Positions 1-16,400 of a stretch of DNA of 64,000 nt are shown in pieces. Under the pieces are notes generated by a model. The model ran no database searches, was not told the origin of the DNA, and saw only the letters and a program-made list of their open reading frames with translations. Positions within the stretch are counted from its first letter, which is position 1. Every line of letters begins with the position of its first letter. A program made the position numbers and the translations under genes. The stretch is from Paragordius varius (taxonomy: Eukaryota > Animalia > Nematomorpha): assembly GCA_964247055.1 (NCBI GenBank), contig OZ176051.1, forward strand, positions 992,001 to 1,056,000, given 5' to 3'.

Positions 1-1794
1 CAACGATACTTTAAAAATTAATGTATAAAATTAGTCGCATCAATACTCAAGTTAAACTTTGTCCTTAAAAATCGGATATTGGTCACCGGTGAACAAAATT
101 ATTATTTATACATTCTCTTATTAAGAGTACATCAAAATATAGAGATAGTTGGACAAACTCTTTAATATCTGATTTTTACAGCGATACTTTAAAAATTAAT
201 GTATAAAATTAGTCGCATCAATACTCAAGTTAAACTTTGTCCTTAAAAATCGGATATTGGTCACCGGTGAACGAAATTATTTTTTATACATTCTCTTAGT
301 AGGACTACATCAAAATATAGAGATAGTTTGATAAACTCTTTCATATCCGATTTTTACAACGATACTTTAAAAATTAATGTATAAAATTAGTCGCATCAAT
401 ACTCAAGTTAAACATTGTCCTTAAAAATCGGATATTGGTCACCGGTGAACGAGACTATTTTTTATAAATTCTCTTAGTAGGACTACATCAAAATATAGAG
501 ATAGTTTGACAAACTCTTTATCCGATTTTTACAACGATATAAAATTAATGTATAAAACTAGTCGCATCAATACTCAAGTTAAACTTTGTCCTTAAAAATC
601 TGATATTGGTCACCGGTGAACGAAATTATTTTTTATACATTCTCTTAGTAAGACTACATCAAAATATAGAGATAGTTTGACAAACTCTTTCATATCCGAT
701 TTTTACAACGATACTTTAAAAATTAATGTATAAAACTAGTCGCATCAAAACTCAAGTTAAACTTTGTCCTTAAAAATCGGATATTGGTCACCGGTGAACG
801 AGACTATTTTTATAAATTCTCTTAGTAGGACTACATCAAAATATAGAGATAGTTTGACAAACTCTTTAATATCTGATTTTTACAGCGATACTTTAAAAAT
901 TAATGTATAATTTAGCATAGGACAATAAAGCAAGTTAAACTCTGTCCTTAAAAATCGGGGATTGGTCCGGTAAAGAAATTTATATTTTATACATTCTCTT
1001 AGTAGGACTACATCAAAATATAGAGATAGTTTGACAAACTCTTTCATATCCGATTTTTACAACGATACTTTAAAAATTAATGTATAAAATTAGTCGCATC
1101 AATACTCAAGTTAAACTTTGTATTTAAAAATCGGATATTGGTCACCGGTGAACAAAATTATTATTTATACATTCTCTTATTAAGAGTACATCAAAATATA
1201 GAGATAGTTGGACAAACTCTTTAATATCTGATTACAGCGATACTTTAAAAATTAATGTATAAAACTAGTCGCATCAATACTCAAGTTAAACTTTGTCCTT
1301 AAAAATCGGATATTGGTCACCGGTGAACGAAATTATTTTTTATACATTCTCTTAGTAGGACTACATCAAAATATAGAGATAGTTTGACAAACTCTTTCAT
1401 ATCCGATTTTTACAACGATACTTCAAAAATTAATGTATAAAATTAGTCGCATCAATACTCAGGTTAAACTTTGTCCTTAAAAATCGGATATTGGTCAACG
1501 GTGAACGAAACTATTTTTTATTTATTCTCTTGAGATAGTTTGACAAACTCTTTCATATCCGATTTTTACAACGATACTTTAAAAATTAATGTATAAAACT
1601 AGTCGCATCAAAACTCAAGTTAAACTTTGTCCTTAAAAATCGGATATTGGTCACCGGTGAACGAGACTATTTTTTATAAATTCTCTTAGTAGGACTACAT
1701 CAAAATATAGAGATAGTTTGACAAACTCTTTCATATCCGATTTTTACAACGATACTTTAAAAATTAATGTATAAAACTAGTCGCATCAAAACTC

Positions 1795-4700
1795 AAGTTA
1801 AACTTTGTCCTTAAAAATCGGATATTGGTCACCGGTGAACGAGACTATTTTTTATAAATTCTCTTAGTAGGACTACATCAAAATATATAGATAGTTTGAC
1901 AAACTCTTTAATATCTGATTTTTACAGCGATACTTTAAAAATTAATGTATAATTTAGCATAGGACAATAAGCAAGTTAAACTTTGTCCTTAAAAATCGGG
2001 GATTGGTCGCCGGTAAAGAAAATTTTATTTTATACATTCTCTTAGTATGACTACATCAAAATATAGAGATAGTTTGACAAACTCTTTCATATCCGATTTT
2101 TACAACGATACTTTAAAAATTAATGTATAAAATTAGTCGCATCAATACTCAAGTTAAACTTTGTATTTAAAAATCGGATATTGGTCACCGGTGAACAAAA
2201 TTATTATTTATACATTCTCTTATTAAGAGTACATCAAAATATAGAGATAGTTGGACAAACTCTTTAATATCTGATTTTTACAGCGATACTTTAAAAATTA
2301 ATGTATAAAACTAGTCGCATCAATACTCAAGTTAAACTTTGTCCTTAAAAATCGGATATTGGTCACCGGTGAACGAAATTATTTTTTATACATTCTCTTA
2401 GTAGGACTACATCAAAATATAGAGATAGTTTGACAAACTCTTTCATATCCGATTTTTACAACGATACTTTAAAAATTAATGTATAAAATTAGTCGCATCA
2501 ATACTCAAGTTAAACTTTATCCTTAAAAATCGGATATTGGTCAACGGTGAACGAAACTATTTTTTATACATTCTCTTAGTAGCACTACATCAAAATATAG
2601 AGATAGTTTGACAAACTCTTTCATATCCGATTTTTACAACGATACTTCAAAAATTAATGTATAAAATTAGTCGCATCAATACTCAGGTTAAACTTTGTCC
2701 TTAAAAATCGGATATTGGTCAACGGTGAACGAAACTATTTTTTATTTATTCTCTTGAGATAGTTTGACAAACTCTTTCATATCCGATTTTTACAACGATA
2801 CTTTAAAAATTAATGTATAAAACTAGTCGCATCAAAACTCAAGTTAAACTTTGTCCTTAAAAATCGGATATTGGTCACCGGTGAACGAGACTATTTTTTA
2901 TAAATTCTCCTAGTAGGACTACATCAAAATATAGAGATAGTTTGATAAACTCTTTAATATCTGATTTTTACAGCGATACTTTAAAAATTTATGTATAATT
3001 TAGCATACGACAATAAGCAAGTTAAACTTTGGCTTTAAAAATCGGATATTGGTCACCGGTGAACAAAATTATTTATTTATACATTCTCTTAGTAAGACTA
3101 CATCAAAATATAGAGATAGTTTCACAAACTCTTATATCCGATTTTTACAACGATACTTTAAAAATTAATGTATAAAACTAGTCTAATCAAAACTCAAGTT
3201 AAACTTTGTCCTTAAAAATTGGATATTGGTCACCGGTGAACGAAATTATTTTTTATACATTCTCTTAGTAGGACTACATCAAAATATAGAGATAGTTTGA
3301 CAAACTCTTTCATATCCGATTTTTACAACGATACTTTAAAAATTAATGTATAAAATTAGTCGCATCAATACTCAAGTTAAACTTTGTCCTTAAAAATCGG
3401 ATATTGGTCAACGGTGAACGAAACTATTTTTTATACATTCCCTTAGTAGGACTACATCAAAATATAGAGATAGTTTAACAAACTCTTTCATATCCGATTT
3501 TTACAACGATACTTTAAAAATTAATGTATAAAACTAGTCGCATCAAAACTCAAGTTAAACTTTGTCCTTAAAAATCGGATATTGGTCACCGGTGAACGAG
3601 ACTATTTTTTATAAATTCTCTTAGTAGGACTACATCAAAATATATAGATAGTTTGACAAACTCTTTAATATCTGATTTTTACAGCGATACTTTAAAAATT
3701 AATGTATAATTTAGCATAGGACAATAAGCAAGTTAAACTTTGTCCTTAAAAATCGGGGATTGGTCGCCGGTAAAGAAAATTATATTTTATACATTCTCTT
3801 AGTAGGACTACATCAAAATATAGAGATATTTTGACAAACTCTTTCATATCCGATTTTTACAACGATACTTTAAAAATTAATGTATAAAACTAGTTGCATC
3901 AATACTCAAGTTAAACTTTGTCCTTAAAAATCGGATATTGGTCACCGGTGAACGAGACTATTTTTTATAAATTCTCTTAGTAGGACTACATCAAAATATA
4001 TAGATAGTTTGACAAACTCTTTAATATCTGATTTTTACAGCGATACTTTAAAAATTAATGTATAATTTAGCATAGGACAATAAGCAAGTTAAACTTTGTC
4101 CTTAAAAATCGGGGATTGGTCGCCGGTAAAGAAAATTTTATTTTATACATTCTCTTAGTATGACTACATCAAAATATAGAGATAGTTTGACAAACTCTTT
4201 CATATCCGATTTTTACAACGATACTTTAAAAATTAATGTATAAAATTAGTCGCATCAATACTCAAGTTAAACTTTGTATTTAAAAATCGGATATTGGTCA
4301 CCGGTGAACAAAATTATTATTTATACATTCTCTTATTAAGAGTACATCAAAATATAGAGATAGTTGGACAAACTCTTTAATATCTGATTTTTACAGCGAT
4401 ACTTTAAAAATTAATGTATAAAACTAGTCGCATCAATACTCAAGTTAAACTTTGTCCTTAAAAATCGGATATTGGTCACCGGTGAACGAAATTATTTTTT
4501 ATACATTCTCTTAGTAGGACTACATCAAAATATAGAGATAGTTTGACAAACTCTTTCATATCCGATTTTTACAACGATACTTTAAAAATTAATGTATAAA
4601 ATTAGTCGCATCAATACTCAAGTTAAACTTTATCCTTAAAAATCGGATATTGGTCAACGGTGAACGAAACTATTTTTTATACATTCTCTTAGTAGCACTA

Positions 4701-6061
4701 CATCAAAATATAGAGATAGTTTGACAAACTCTTTCATATCCGATTTTTACAACGATACTTCAAAAATTAATGTATAAAATTAGTCGCATCAATACTCAGG
4801 TTAAACTTTGTCCTTAAAAATCGGATATTGGTCAACGGTGAACGAAACTATTTTTTATTTATTCTCTTGAGATAGTTTGACAAACTCTTTCATATCCGAT
4901 TTTTACAACGATACTTTAAAAATTAATGTATAAAACTAGTCGCATCAAAACTCAAGTTAAACTTTGTCCTTAAAAATCGGATATTGGTCACCGGTGAACG
5001 AGACTATTTTTTATAAATTCTCCTAGTAGGACTACATCAAAATATAGAGATAGTTTGATAAACTCTTTAATATCTGATTTTTACAGCGATACTTTAAAAA
5101 TTTATGTATAATTTAGCATACGACAATAAGCAAGTTAAACTTTGGCTTTAAAAATCGGATATTGGTCACCGGTGAACAAAATTATTTATTTATACATTCT
5201 CTTAGTAAGACTACATCAAAATATAGAGATAGTTTCACAAACTCTTATATCCGATTTTTACAACGATACTTTAAAAATTAATGTATAAAACTAGTCTAAT
5301 CAAAACTCAAGTTAAACTTTGTCCTTAAAAATTGGATATTGGTCACCGGTGAACGAAATTATTTTTTATACATTCTCTTAGTAGGACTACATCAAAATAT
5401 AGAGATAGTTTGACAAACTCTTTCATATCCGATTTTTACAACGATACTTTAAAAATTAATGTATAAAATTAGTCGCATCAATACTCAAGTTAAACTTTGT
5501 CCTTAAAAATCGGATATTGGTCAACGGTGAACGAAACTATTTTTTATACATTCCCTTAGTAGGACTACATCAAAATATAGAGATAGTTTAACAAACTCTT
5601 TCATATCCGATTTTTACAACGATACTTTAAAAATTAATGTATAAAACTAGTCGCATCAAAACTCAAGTTAAACTTTGTCCTTAAAAATCGGATATTGGTC
5701 ACCGGTGAACGAGACTATTTTTTATAAATTCTCTTAGTAGGACTACATCAAAATATATAGATAGTTTGACAAACTCTTTAATATCTGATTTTTACAGCGA
5801 TACTTTAAAAATTAATGTATAATTTAGCATAGGACAATAAGCAAGTTAAACTTTGTCCTTAAAAATCGGGGATTGGTCGCCGGTAAAGAAAATTATATTT
5901 TATACATTCTCTTAGTAGGACTACATCAAAATATAGAGATATTTTGACAAACTCTTTCATATCCGATTTTTACAACGATACTTTAAAAATTAATGTATAA
6001 AACTAGTTGCATCAATACTCAAGTTAAACTTTGTCCTTAAAAATCGGATATTGGTCACCGG
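1795..6061 (+). repeat. 12-monomer higher-order repeat, period 2113 bp, 2 copies
   Basis: The 22-bp-deletion marker (2755/4868) and the TATATAGAT variants recur at +2113. Confidence 0.85.
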
Positions 6062-7114
6062 AGAACGAAACTATTTTTTGTACATTCTCTTAGTAGGACT
6101 ACATCAAAATATAGAGATAGTTTGACAAACTCTTTCATATCCGATTTTTACAACGATACTTTAAAAATTAATGTATAAAATTAGTCGCATCAATACTCAA
6201 GTTAAACTTTGTCCTTAAAAATCGGATATTGGTCACCGGTGAACGAGACTATTTTTTATAAATTCTCTTAGTAGGACTACATCAAAATATATAGATAGTT
6301 TGACAAACTCTTTAATATCTGATTTTTACAGCGATACTTTAAAAATTAATGTATAATTTAGCATACGACAATAAGCAAGTTAAACTTTGGCTTTAAAAAT
6401 CGGATATTGGTCACCGATGAACAAAATTATTTATTTATACATTCTCTTAGTAAGACTACATCAAAATATAGAGATAGTTTCACAAACTCTTATATCCGAT
6501 TTTTACAACGATACTTTAAAAATTAATGTATAAAACTAGTCTAATCAAAACTCAAGTTAAACTTTGTCCTTAAAAATTGGATATTGGTCACCGGTGAACG
6601 AAATTATTTTTTATACATTCTCTTAGTAGGACTACATCAAAATATAGAGATAGTTTGACAAACTCTTTCATATCCGATTTTTACAACGATACTTTAAAAA
6701 TTAATGTATAAAATTAGTCGCATCAATACTCAGGTTAAACTTTGTCCTTAAAAATCGGATATTGGTCAACGGTGAACGAAACTATTTTTTATTTATTATC
6801 TTGAGATAGTTTGACAAACTCTTTCATATCCGATTTTTACAACGATACTTTAAATATTAATGTATAAAATTAGTCGCATCAATACTCAAGTTAAACTTTG
6901 TATTTAAAAATCGGATATTGGTCACCGGTGAACAAAATTATTATTTATACATTCTCTTATTAAGACTACATCAAAATATAGAGATAGTTGGACAAACTCT
7001 TTAATATCTGATTTTTACAACGATACTTCAAAAATTAATGTATAAAACTAGTCGCATCAATACTCAAGTTAAACTTTGTCCTTAAAAATCGGATATTGGT
7101 CACCGGTGAACGAA

Positions 7115-10100
7115 ATTATTATTTATACATTCTCTTATTAAGAGTACATCAAAATATAGAGATAGTTGGACAAACTCTTTAATATCTGATTTTTACAGCG
7201 ATACTTTAAAAATTAATGTATAAAACTAGTCGCATCAATACTCAAGTTAAACTTTGTCCTTAAAAATCGGATATTGGTCACCGGTGAACGAAATTATTTT
7301 TTATACATTCTCTTAGTAGGACTACATCAAAATATAGAGATAGTTTGATAAACTCTTTCATATCCGATTTTTACAACACTTTAAAAATTAATGTATAAAA
7401 CTAGTCGCATCAAAACTCAAGTTAAACTTTGTCCTTAAAAATCGGATATTGGTCACCGGTGAACGAGACTATTTTTTATAAATTCTCTTAGTAGGACTAC
7501 ATCAAAATATAGAGATAGTTTGACAAACTCTTTAATATCTGATTTTTACAGCGATACTTTAAAAATTTATGTATAATTCAGCATACGACAATAAGCAGTT
7601 AAACTTTGGCTTTAAAAATCTGATATTGGTCACCGGTGAACAAAATTATTTATTTATACATTCTCTTAGTAAGACTACATCAAAATATAGAGATAGTTTG
7701 ACAAACTCTTTCATATCCGATTTTTACAACGATACTTTAAAAATTAATGTATAAAATTAGTCGCATCAATACTCAAGTTAAACTTTGTATTTAAAAATCG
7801 GATATTGGTCACCGGTGAACAAAATTATTATTTATACATTCTCTTATTAAGAGTACATCAAAATATAGAGATAGTTGGACAAACTCTTTAATATCTGATT
7901 TTTACAGCGATACTTTAAAAATTAATGTATAAAACTAGTCGCATCAATACTCAAGTTAAACTTTGTCCTTAAAAATCGGATATTGGTCACCGGTGAACGA
8001 AATTATTTTTTTATACATTCTCTTAAACTACATCAAAATATAGAGATAGTTTGACAAACTCTTTCATATCCGATTTTTACAGCGATACTTTAAAAATTAA
8101 TGTATAATTTAGCATAGGACAATAAGCAAGTTAAACTTTGTCCTTAAAAATCGGGGATTGGTCCGGTAAAGAAAATTATATTTTATACATTCTCTTAGTA
8201 GGACTACATCAAAATATAGAGATAGTTTGACAAACTCTTTCATATCCGATTTTTACAACGATACTTTAAAAATTAATGTATAAAATTAGTCGCATCAATA
8301 CTCAAGTTAAACTTTGTATTTAAAAATCGGATATTGGTCACCAATGAACAAAATTATTATTTATACATTCTCTTATTAAGAGTACATCAAAATATAGAGA
8401 TAGTTGGACAAACTCTTTAATATCTGATTTTTACAGCGATACTTTAAAAATTAATGTATAAAACTAGTCGCATCAATACTCAAGTTAAACTTTGTCCTTA
8501 AAAATCGGATATTGGTCACCGGTGAACGAAATTATTTTTTATACATTCTCTTAGTAGGACTACATCAAAATATAGAGATAGTTTGATAAACTCTTTCATA
8601 TCCGATTTTTACAACACTTTAAAAATTAATGTATAAAACTAGTCGCATCAAAACTCAAGTTAAACTTTGTCCTTAAAAATCGGATATTGGTCACCGGTGA
8701 ACGAGACTATTTTTTATAAATTCTCTTAGTAGGACTACATCAAAATATAGAGATAGTTTGACAAACTCTTTAATATCTGATTTTTACAGCGATACTTTAA
8801 AAATTTATGTATAATTCAGCATACGACAATAAGCAGTTAAACTTTGGCTTTAAAAATCTGATATTGGTCACCGGTGAACAAAATTATTTATTTATACATT
8901 CTCTTAGTAAGACTACATCAAAATATAGAGATAGTTTGACAAACTCTTTCATATCCGATTTTTACAACGATACTTTAAAAATTAATGTATAAAATTAGTC
9001 GCATCAATACTCAAGTTAAACTTTGTATTTAAAAATCGGATATTGGTCACCGGTGAACAAAATTATTATTTATACATTCTCTTATTAAGAGTACATCAAA
9101 ATATAGAGATAGTTGGACAAACTCTTTAATATCTGATTTTTACAGCGATACTTTAAAAATTAATGTATAAAACTAGTCGCATCAATACTCAAGTTAAACT
9201 TTGTCCTTAAAAATCGGATATTGGTCACCGGTGAACGAAATTATTTTTTTATACATTCTCTTAAACTACATCAAAATATAGAGATAGTTTGACAAACTCT
9301 TTCATATCCGATTTTTACAGCGATACTTTAAAAATTAATGTATAATTTAGCATAGGACAATAAGCAAGTTAAACTTTGTCCTTAAAAATCGGGGATTGGT
9401 CCGGTAAAGAAAATTATATTTTATACATTCTCTTAGTAGGACTACATCAAAATATAGAGATAGTTTGACAAACTCTTTCATATCCGATTTTTACAACGAT
9501 ACTTTAAAAATTAATGTATAAAATTAGTCGCATCAATACTCAAGTTAAACTTTGTATTTAAAAATCGGATATTGGTCACCAATGAACAAAATTATTATTT
9601 ATACATTCTCTTATTAAGAGTACATCAAAATATAGAGATAGTTGGACAAACTCTTTAATATCTGATTTTTACAGCGATACTTTAAAAATTAATGTATAAA
9701 ACTAGTCGCATCAATACTCAAGTTAAACTTTGTCCTTAAAAATCGGATATTGGTCACCGGTGAACGAAATTATTTTTTATACATTCTCTTAGTAGGACTA
9801 CATCAAAATATAGAGATAGTTTGATAAACTCTTTCATATCCGATTTTTACAACACTTTAAAAATTAATGTATAAAACTAGTCGCATCAAAACTCAAGTTA
9901 AACTTTGTCCTTAAAAATCGGATATTGGTCACCGGTGAACGAGACTATTTTTTATAAATTCTCTTAGTAGGACTACATCAAAATATAGAGATAGTTTGAC
10001 AAACTCTTTAATATCTGATTTTTACAGCGATACTTTAAAAATTTATGTATAATTCAGCATACGACAATAAGCAGTTAAACTTTGGCTTTAAAAATCTGAT

Positions 10101-10480
10101 ATTGGTCACCGGTGAACAAAATTATTTATTTATACATTCTCTTAGTAAGACTACATCAAAATATAGAGATAGTTTGACAAACTCTTTCATATCCGATTTT
10201 TACAACGATACTTTAAAAATTAATGTATAAAATTAGTCGCATCAATACTCAAGTTAAACTTTGTATTTAAAAATCGGATATTGGTCACCGGTGAACAAAA
10301 TTATTATTTATACATTCTCTTATTAAGAGTACATCAAAATATAGAGATAGTTGGACAAACTCTTTAATATCTGATTTTTACAGCGATACTTTCAAAATTA
10401 ATGTATAAAACTAGTCGCATCAATACTCAAGTTAAACTTTGTCCTTAAAAATCGGATATTGGTCACCGGTGAACGAAATT
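7115..10480 (+). repeat. 7-monomer higher-order repeat, period 1238 bp, about 2.7 copies
   Basis: Identical monomer-length ORFs at 7569, 8807 and 10045. The ACAACACTTT and CTCTTAAACTAC deletion variants recur at +1238. Confidence 0.9.
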
Positions 10481-13400
10481 ATTTTTTATACATTCTCTTA
10501 GTAGGACTACATCAAAATATAGAGATAGTTTGATAAACTCTTTCATATCCGATTTTTACAACGATACTTTAAAAATTAATGTATAAAACTAGTCGCATCA
10601 AAACTCAAGTTAAACTTTGTCCTTAAAAATCGGATATTGGTCACCGGTGAACGAGACTATTTTTTATAAATTCTCTTAGTAGGACTACATCAAAATATAG
10701 AGATAGTTTGACAAACTCTTTAATATCTGATTTTTACAGCGATACTTTAAAAATTTATGTATAATTCAGCATACGACAATAAGCAGTTAAACTTTGGCTT
10801 TAAAAATCGGATATTGGTCACCGGTGAACAAAATTATTTATTTATACATTCTCTTAGTAAGACTACATCAAAATATAGAGATAGTTTCACAAACTCTTAT
10901 ATCCGATTTTTACAACGATACTTTAAAAATTAATGTATAAAACTAGTCTAATCAAAGCTCAAGTTAAACTTTGTCCTTAAAAATTGGATATTGGTCACCG
11001 GTGAACGAAATTATTTTTTATACATTCTCTTAGTAGGACTACATCAAAATATAGAGATAGTTTGACAAACTCTTTCATATCCGATTTTTACAACGATACT
11101 TTAAAAATTAATGTATAAAATTAGTCGCATCAATACTCAAGTTAAACTTTGTCCTTAAAAATCGGATATTGGTCAACGGTGAACGAAACTATTTTTCATA
11201 CATTCCCTTAGTAGGACTACATCAAAATATAGAGACAGTTTGACAAACTCTTTCATATCCGATTTTTACAACGATACTTTAAAAATTAATGTATAAAACT
11301 AGTCGCATCAAAACTCAAGTTAAACTTTGTCCTTAAAAATGGGATATTGGTCACCGGTGAACGAGACTATTTTTTATAATTTCTCTTAGTAGGACTACAT
11401 CAAAATATATAGATAGTTTGACAAACTCTTTAATATCTGATTTTTACAGCGATACTTTAAAAATTAATGTATAATTTAGCATAGGACAATAAGCAAGTTA
11501 AACTTTGTCCTTAAAAATCGGGGATTGGTCGCCGGTAAAGAAAATTATATTTTATACATTCTCTTAGTAGGACTACATCAAAATATAGAGATAGTTTGGC
11601 AAACTGTTTCATATCCGATTTTTACAACGATACTTTAAAAATTAATGTATAAAACTAGTCGCATCAATACTCAAGTTAAGCTTAGTCTTTAAAAATCGGA
11701 TATTGAACACCGGTGAACAAAATTAATTTCTATACATTCTCTTAGTAGGACTACATCAAAATATAGAGATAGTTTGACAAACTCTTTCATATCCGATTTT
11801 ACAACGATACTTTAAAAAATAATGTATAAAACTAGTCGCATCAATACTCAAGTTAAACTTTGTCCTTAAAAATCGGATATTGAACACCGGTGAACAAAAT
11901 TATTTTTTTATACATTCTCTTAAACTACATCAAAATATAGAGATAGTTTGACAAACTCTTTCATATCCGATTTTTACAACGATACTTAAAAAATTAATGT
12001 ATAAAACTAGTCGCATCAAAACTCAAGTTAAACTTTGTTCTTAAAAATCGGATATTAGTCACCGATGAACAAAATTATTTTTTTATACATTCTTTTAGTA
12101 AGACTACATCAAAATATAGAGATAGTTTGGCAAACTGTTTCATATCCGATTTTTACAGCGATACTTTATAAATTAATGTATAAAATTAGTCGCATCAATA
12201 CTCAAGTTAAACTTTGACCTTAAAAATCGGATATTAGTTACCGGTGAACAAAATTATTTTTTATACATTCTCTTAGTAAGACTACATCAATTGGAGATAT
12301 TTTGACAAACTCTTTAATATCTGATTTTTACAGCGATACTTTAAAAATTAATGTATAAAATTAGTCGCATCAATACTCAAGTTAAACTTTGTCCTTAAAA
12401 ATCGGATATTGGTCAACGGTGAACGAAACTATTTTTTATACATTCTCTTAGTAGGACTACATCAAAATATAGAGATAGTTTGACAAACTCTTTATCCGAT
12501 TTTTACAACGATACTTTAAAAATTAATGTATAAAACTAGTCGCATCAATACTCAAGTTAAACTTTGTCCTTAAAAATCGGATATTGGTCACCGGTGAACG
12601 AAATTATTTTTTATACATTCTCTTAGTAAGACTACATCAAAATATAGAGATAGTTTGACAAACTCTTTCATATCCGATTTTTACAACGATACTTTAAAAA
12701 TTAATGTATAAAACTAGTCGCATCAAAACTCAAGTTAAACTTTGTCCTTAAAAATCGGATATTGGTCACCGGTGAACGAGACTATTTTTATGAATTCTCT
12801 TAGTAGGACTACATCAAAATATAGAGATAGTTTGACAAACTCTTTAATATCTGATTTTTACAGCGATACTTTAAAAATTAATGTATAATTTAGCATAGCA
12901 CAATAAGCAAGTTAAACTTTGTCCTTAAAAATCGGGGATTGGTCCGGTAAAGAAAATTATATTTTATACATTCTCTTAGTAGGACTACATCAAAATATAG
13001 AGATAGTTTGACAAACTCTTTCATATCCGATTTTTACAACGATACTTTAAAAATTAATGTATAAAATTAGTCGCATCAATACTCAAGTTAAACTTTGTAT
13101 TTAAAAATCGGATATTGGTCACCGGTGAACAAAATTATTATTTATACATTCTCTTATTAAGAGTACATCAAAATATAGAGATAGTTGGACAAACTCTTTA
13201 ATATCTGATTTTTACAGCGATACTTTAAAAATTAATGTATAAAACTAGTCGCATCAATACTCAAGTTAAACTTTGTCCTTAAAAATCGGATATTGGTCAC
13301 CGGTGAACGAAATTATTTTTTATACATTCTCTTAGTAGGACTACATCAAAATATAGAGATAGTTTGACAAACTCTTTCATATCCGATTTTTACAACGATA

Positions 13401-16400
13401 CTTCAAAAATTAATGTATAAAATTAGTCGCATCAATACTCAGGTTAAACTTTGTCCTTAAAAATCGGATATTGGTCAACGGTGAACGAAACTATTTTTTA
13501 TTTATTCTCTTGAGATAGTTTGACAAACTCTTTCATATCCGATTTTTACAACGATACTTTAAAAATTAATGTATAAAACTAGTCGCATCAAAACTCAAGT
13601 TAAACTTTGTCCTTAAAAATCGGATATTGGTCACCGGTGAACGAGACTATTTTTTATAAATTCTCTTAGTAGGACTACATCAAAATATAGAGATAGTTTG
13701 ACAAACTCTTTCATATCCGATTTTTACAACGATACTTTAAAAATTAATGTATAAAACTAGTCGCATCAAAACTCAAGTTAAACTTTGTCCTTAAAAATCG
13801 GATATTGGTCACCGGTGAACGAGACTATTTTTTATAAATTCTCTTAGTAGGACTACATCAAAATATATAGATAGTTTGACAAACTCTTTAATATCTGATT
13901 TTTACAGCGATACTTTAAAAATTAATGTATAATTTAGCATAGGACAATAAGCAAGTTAAACTTTGTCCTTAAAAATCGGGGATTGGTCGCCGGTAAAGAA
14001 AATTTTATTTTATACATTCTCTTAGTATGACTACATCAAAATATAGAGATAGTTTGACAAACTCTTTCATATCCGATTTTTACAACGATACTTTAAAAAT
14101 TAATGTATAAAATTAGTCGCATCAATACTCAAGTTAAACTTTGTATTTAAAAATCGGATATTGGTCACCGGTGAACAAAATTATTATTTATACATTCTCT
14201 TATTAAGAGTACATCAAAATATAGAGATAGTTGGACAAACTCTTTAATATCTGATTTTTACAGCGATACTTTAAAAATTAATGTATAAAACTAGTCGCAT
14301 CAATACTCAAGTTAAACTTTGTCCTTAAAAATCGGATATTGGTCACCGGTGAACGAAATTATTTTTTATACATTCTCTTAGTAGGACTACATCAAAATAT
14401 AGAGATAGTTTGACAAACTCTTTCATATCCGATTTTTACAACGATACTTTAAAAATTAATGTATAAAATTAGTCGCATCAATACTCAAGTTAAACTTTAT
14501 CCTTAAAAATCGGATATTGGTCAACGGTGAACGAAACTATTTTTTATACATTCTCTTAGTAGCACTACATCAAAATATAGAGATAGTTTGACAAACTCTT
14601 TCATATCCGATTTTTACAACGATACTTCAAAAATTAATGTATAAAATTAGTCGCATCAATACTCAGGTTAAACTTTGTCCTTAAAAATCGGATATTGGTC
14701 AACGGTGAACGAAACTATTTTTTATTTATTCTCTTGAGATAGTTTGACAAACTCTTTCATATCCGATTTTTACAACGATACTTTAAAAATTAATGTATAA
14801 AACTAGTCGCATCAAAACTCAAGTTAAACTTTGTCCTTAAAAATCGGATATTGGTCACCGGTGAACGAGACTATTTTTTATAAATTCTCCTAGTAGGACT
14901 ACATCAAAATATAGAGATAGTTTGACAAACTCTTTAATATCTGATTTTTACAGCGATACTTTAAAAATTTATGTATAATTTAGCATACGACAATAAGCAA
15001 GTTAAACTTTGGCTTTAAAAATCGGATATTGGTCACCGGTGAACAAAATTATTTATTTATACATTCTCTTAGTAAGACTACATCAAAATATAGAGATAGT
15101 TTCACAAACTCTTATATCCGATTTTTACAACGATACTTTAAAAATTAATGTATAAAACTAGTCTAATCAAAACTCAAGTTAAACTTTGTCCTTAAAAATT
15201 GGATATTGGTCACCGGTGAACGAAATTATTTTTTATACATTCTCTTAGTAGGACTACATCAAAATATAGAGATAGTTTGACAAACTCTTTCATATCCGAT
15301 TTTTACAACGATACTTTAAAAATTAATGTATAAAATTAGTCGCATCAATACTCAAGTTAAACTTTGTCCTTAAAAATCGGATATTGGTCAACGGTGAACG
15401 AAACTATTTTTTATACATTCCCTTAGTAGGACTACATCAAAATATAGAGATAGTTTAACAAACTCTTTCATATCCGATTTTTACAACGATACTTTAAAAA
15501 TTAATGTATAAAACTAGTCGCATCAAAACTCAAGTTAAACTTTGTCCTTAAAAATCGGATATTGGTCACCGGTGAACGAGACTATTTTTTATAAATTCTC
15601 TTAGTAGGACTACATCAAAATATATAGATAGTTTGACAAACTCTTTAATATCTGATTTTTACAGCGATACTTTAAAAATTAATGTATAATTTAGCATAGG
15701 ACAATAAGCAAGTTAAACTTTGTCCTTAAAAATCGGGGATTGGTCGCCGGTAAAGAAAATTATATTTTATACATTCTCTTAGTAGGACTACATCAAAATA
15801 TAGAGATATTTTGACAAACTCTTTAATATCTGATTTTTACAGCGATACTTTAAAAATTAATGTATAAAATTAGTCTCATCAATACTCAAGTTAAACTTTG
15901 TCCTTAAAAATCGGATATTGGTCAACGGTGAACGAAACTATTTTTTATACATTCTCTTAGTAGCACTACATCAAAATATAGAGATAGTTTGACAAACTCT
16001 TTCATGTCCGATTTTTACAACGATACTTTAAAAATTAATGTATAAAACTAGTTGCATCAATACTCAAGTTAAACTTTGTCCTTAAAAATCGGATATTGGT
16101 CACCGGAGAACGAAACTATTTTTTGTACATTCTCTTAGTAGGACTACATCAAAATATAGAGATAGTTTGACAAACTCTTTCATATCCGATTTTTACAACG
16201 ATACTTTAAAAATTAATGTATAAAATTAGTCGCATCAATACTCAAGTTAAACTTTGTCCTTAAAAATCGGATATTGGTCACCGGTGAACGAGACTATTTT
16301 TTATAAATTCTCTTAGTAGGACTACATCAAAATATATAGATAGTTTGACAAACTCTTTAATATCTGATTTTTACAGCGATACTTTAAAAATTAATGTATT

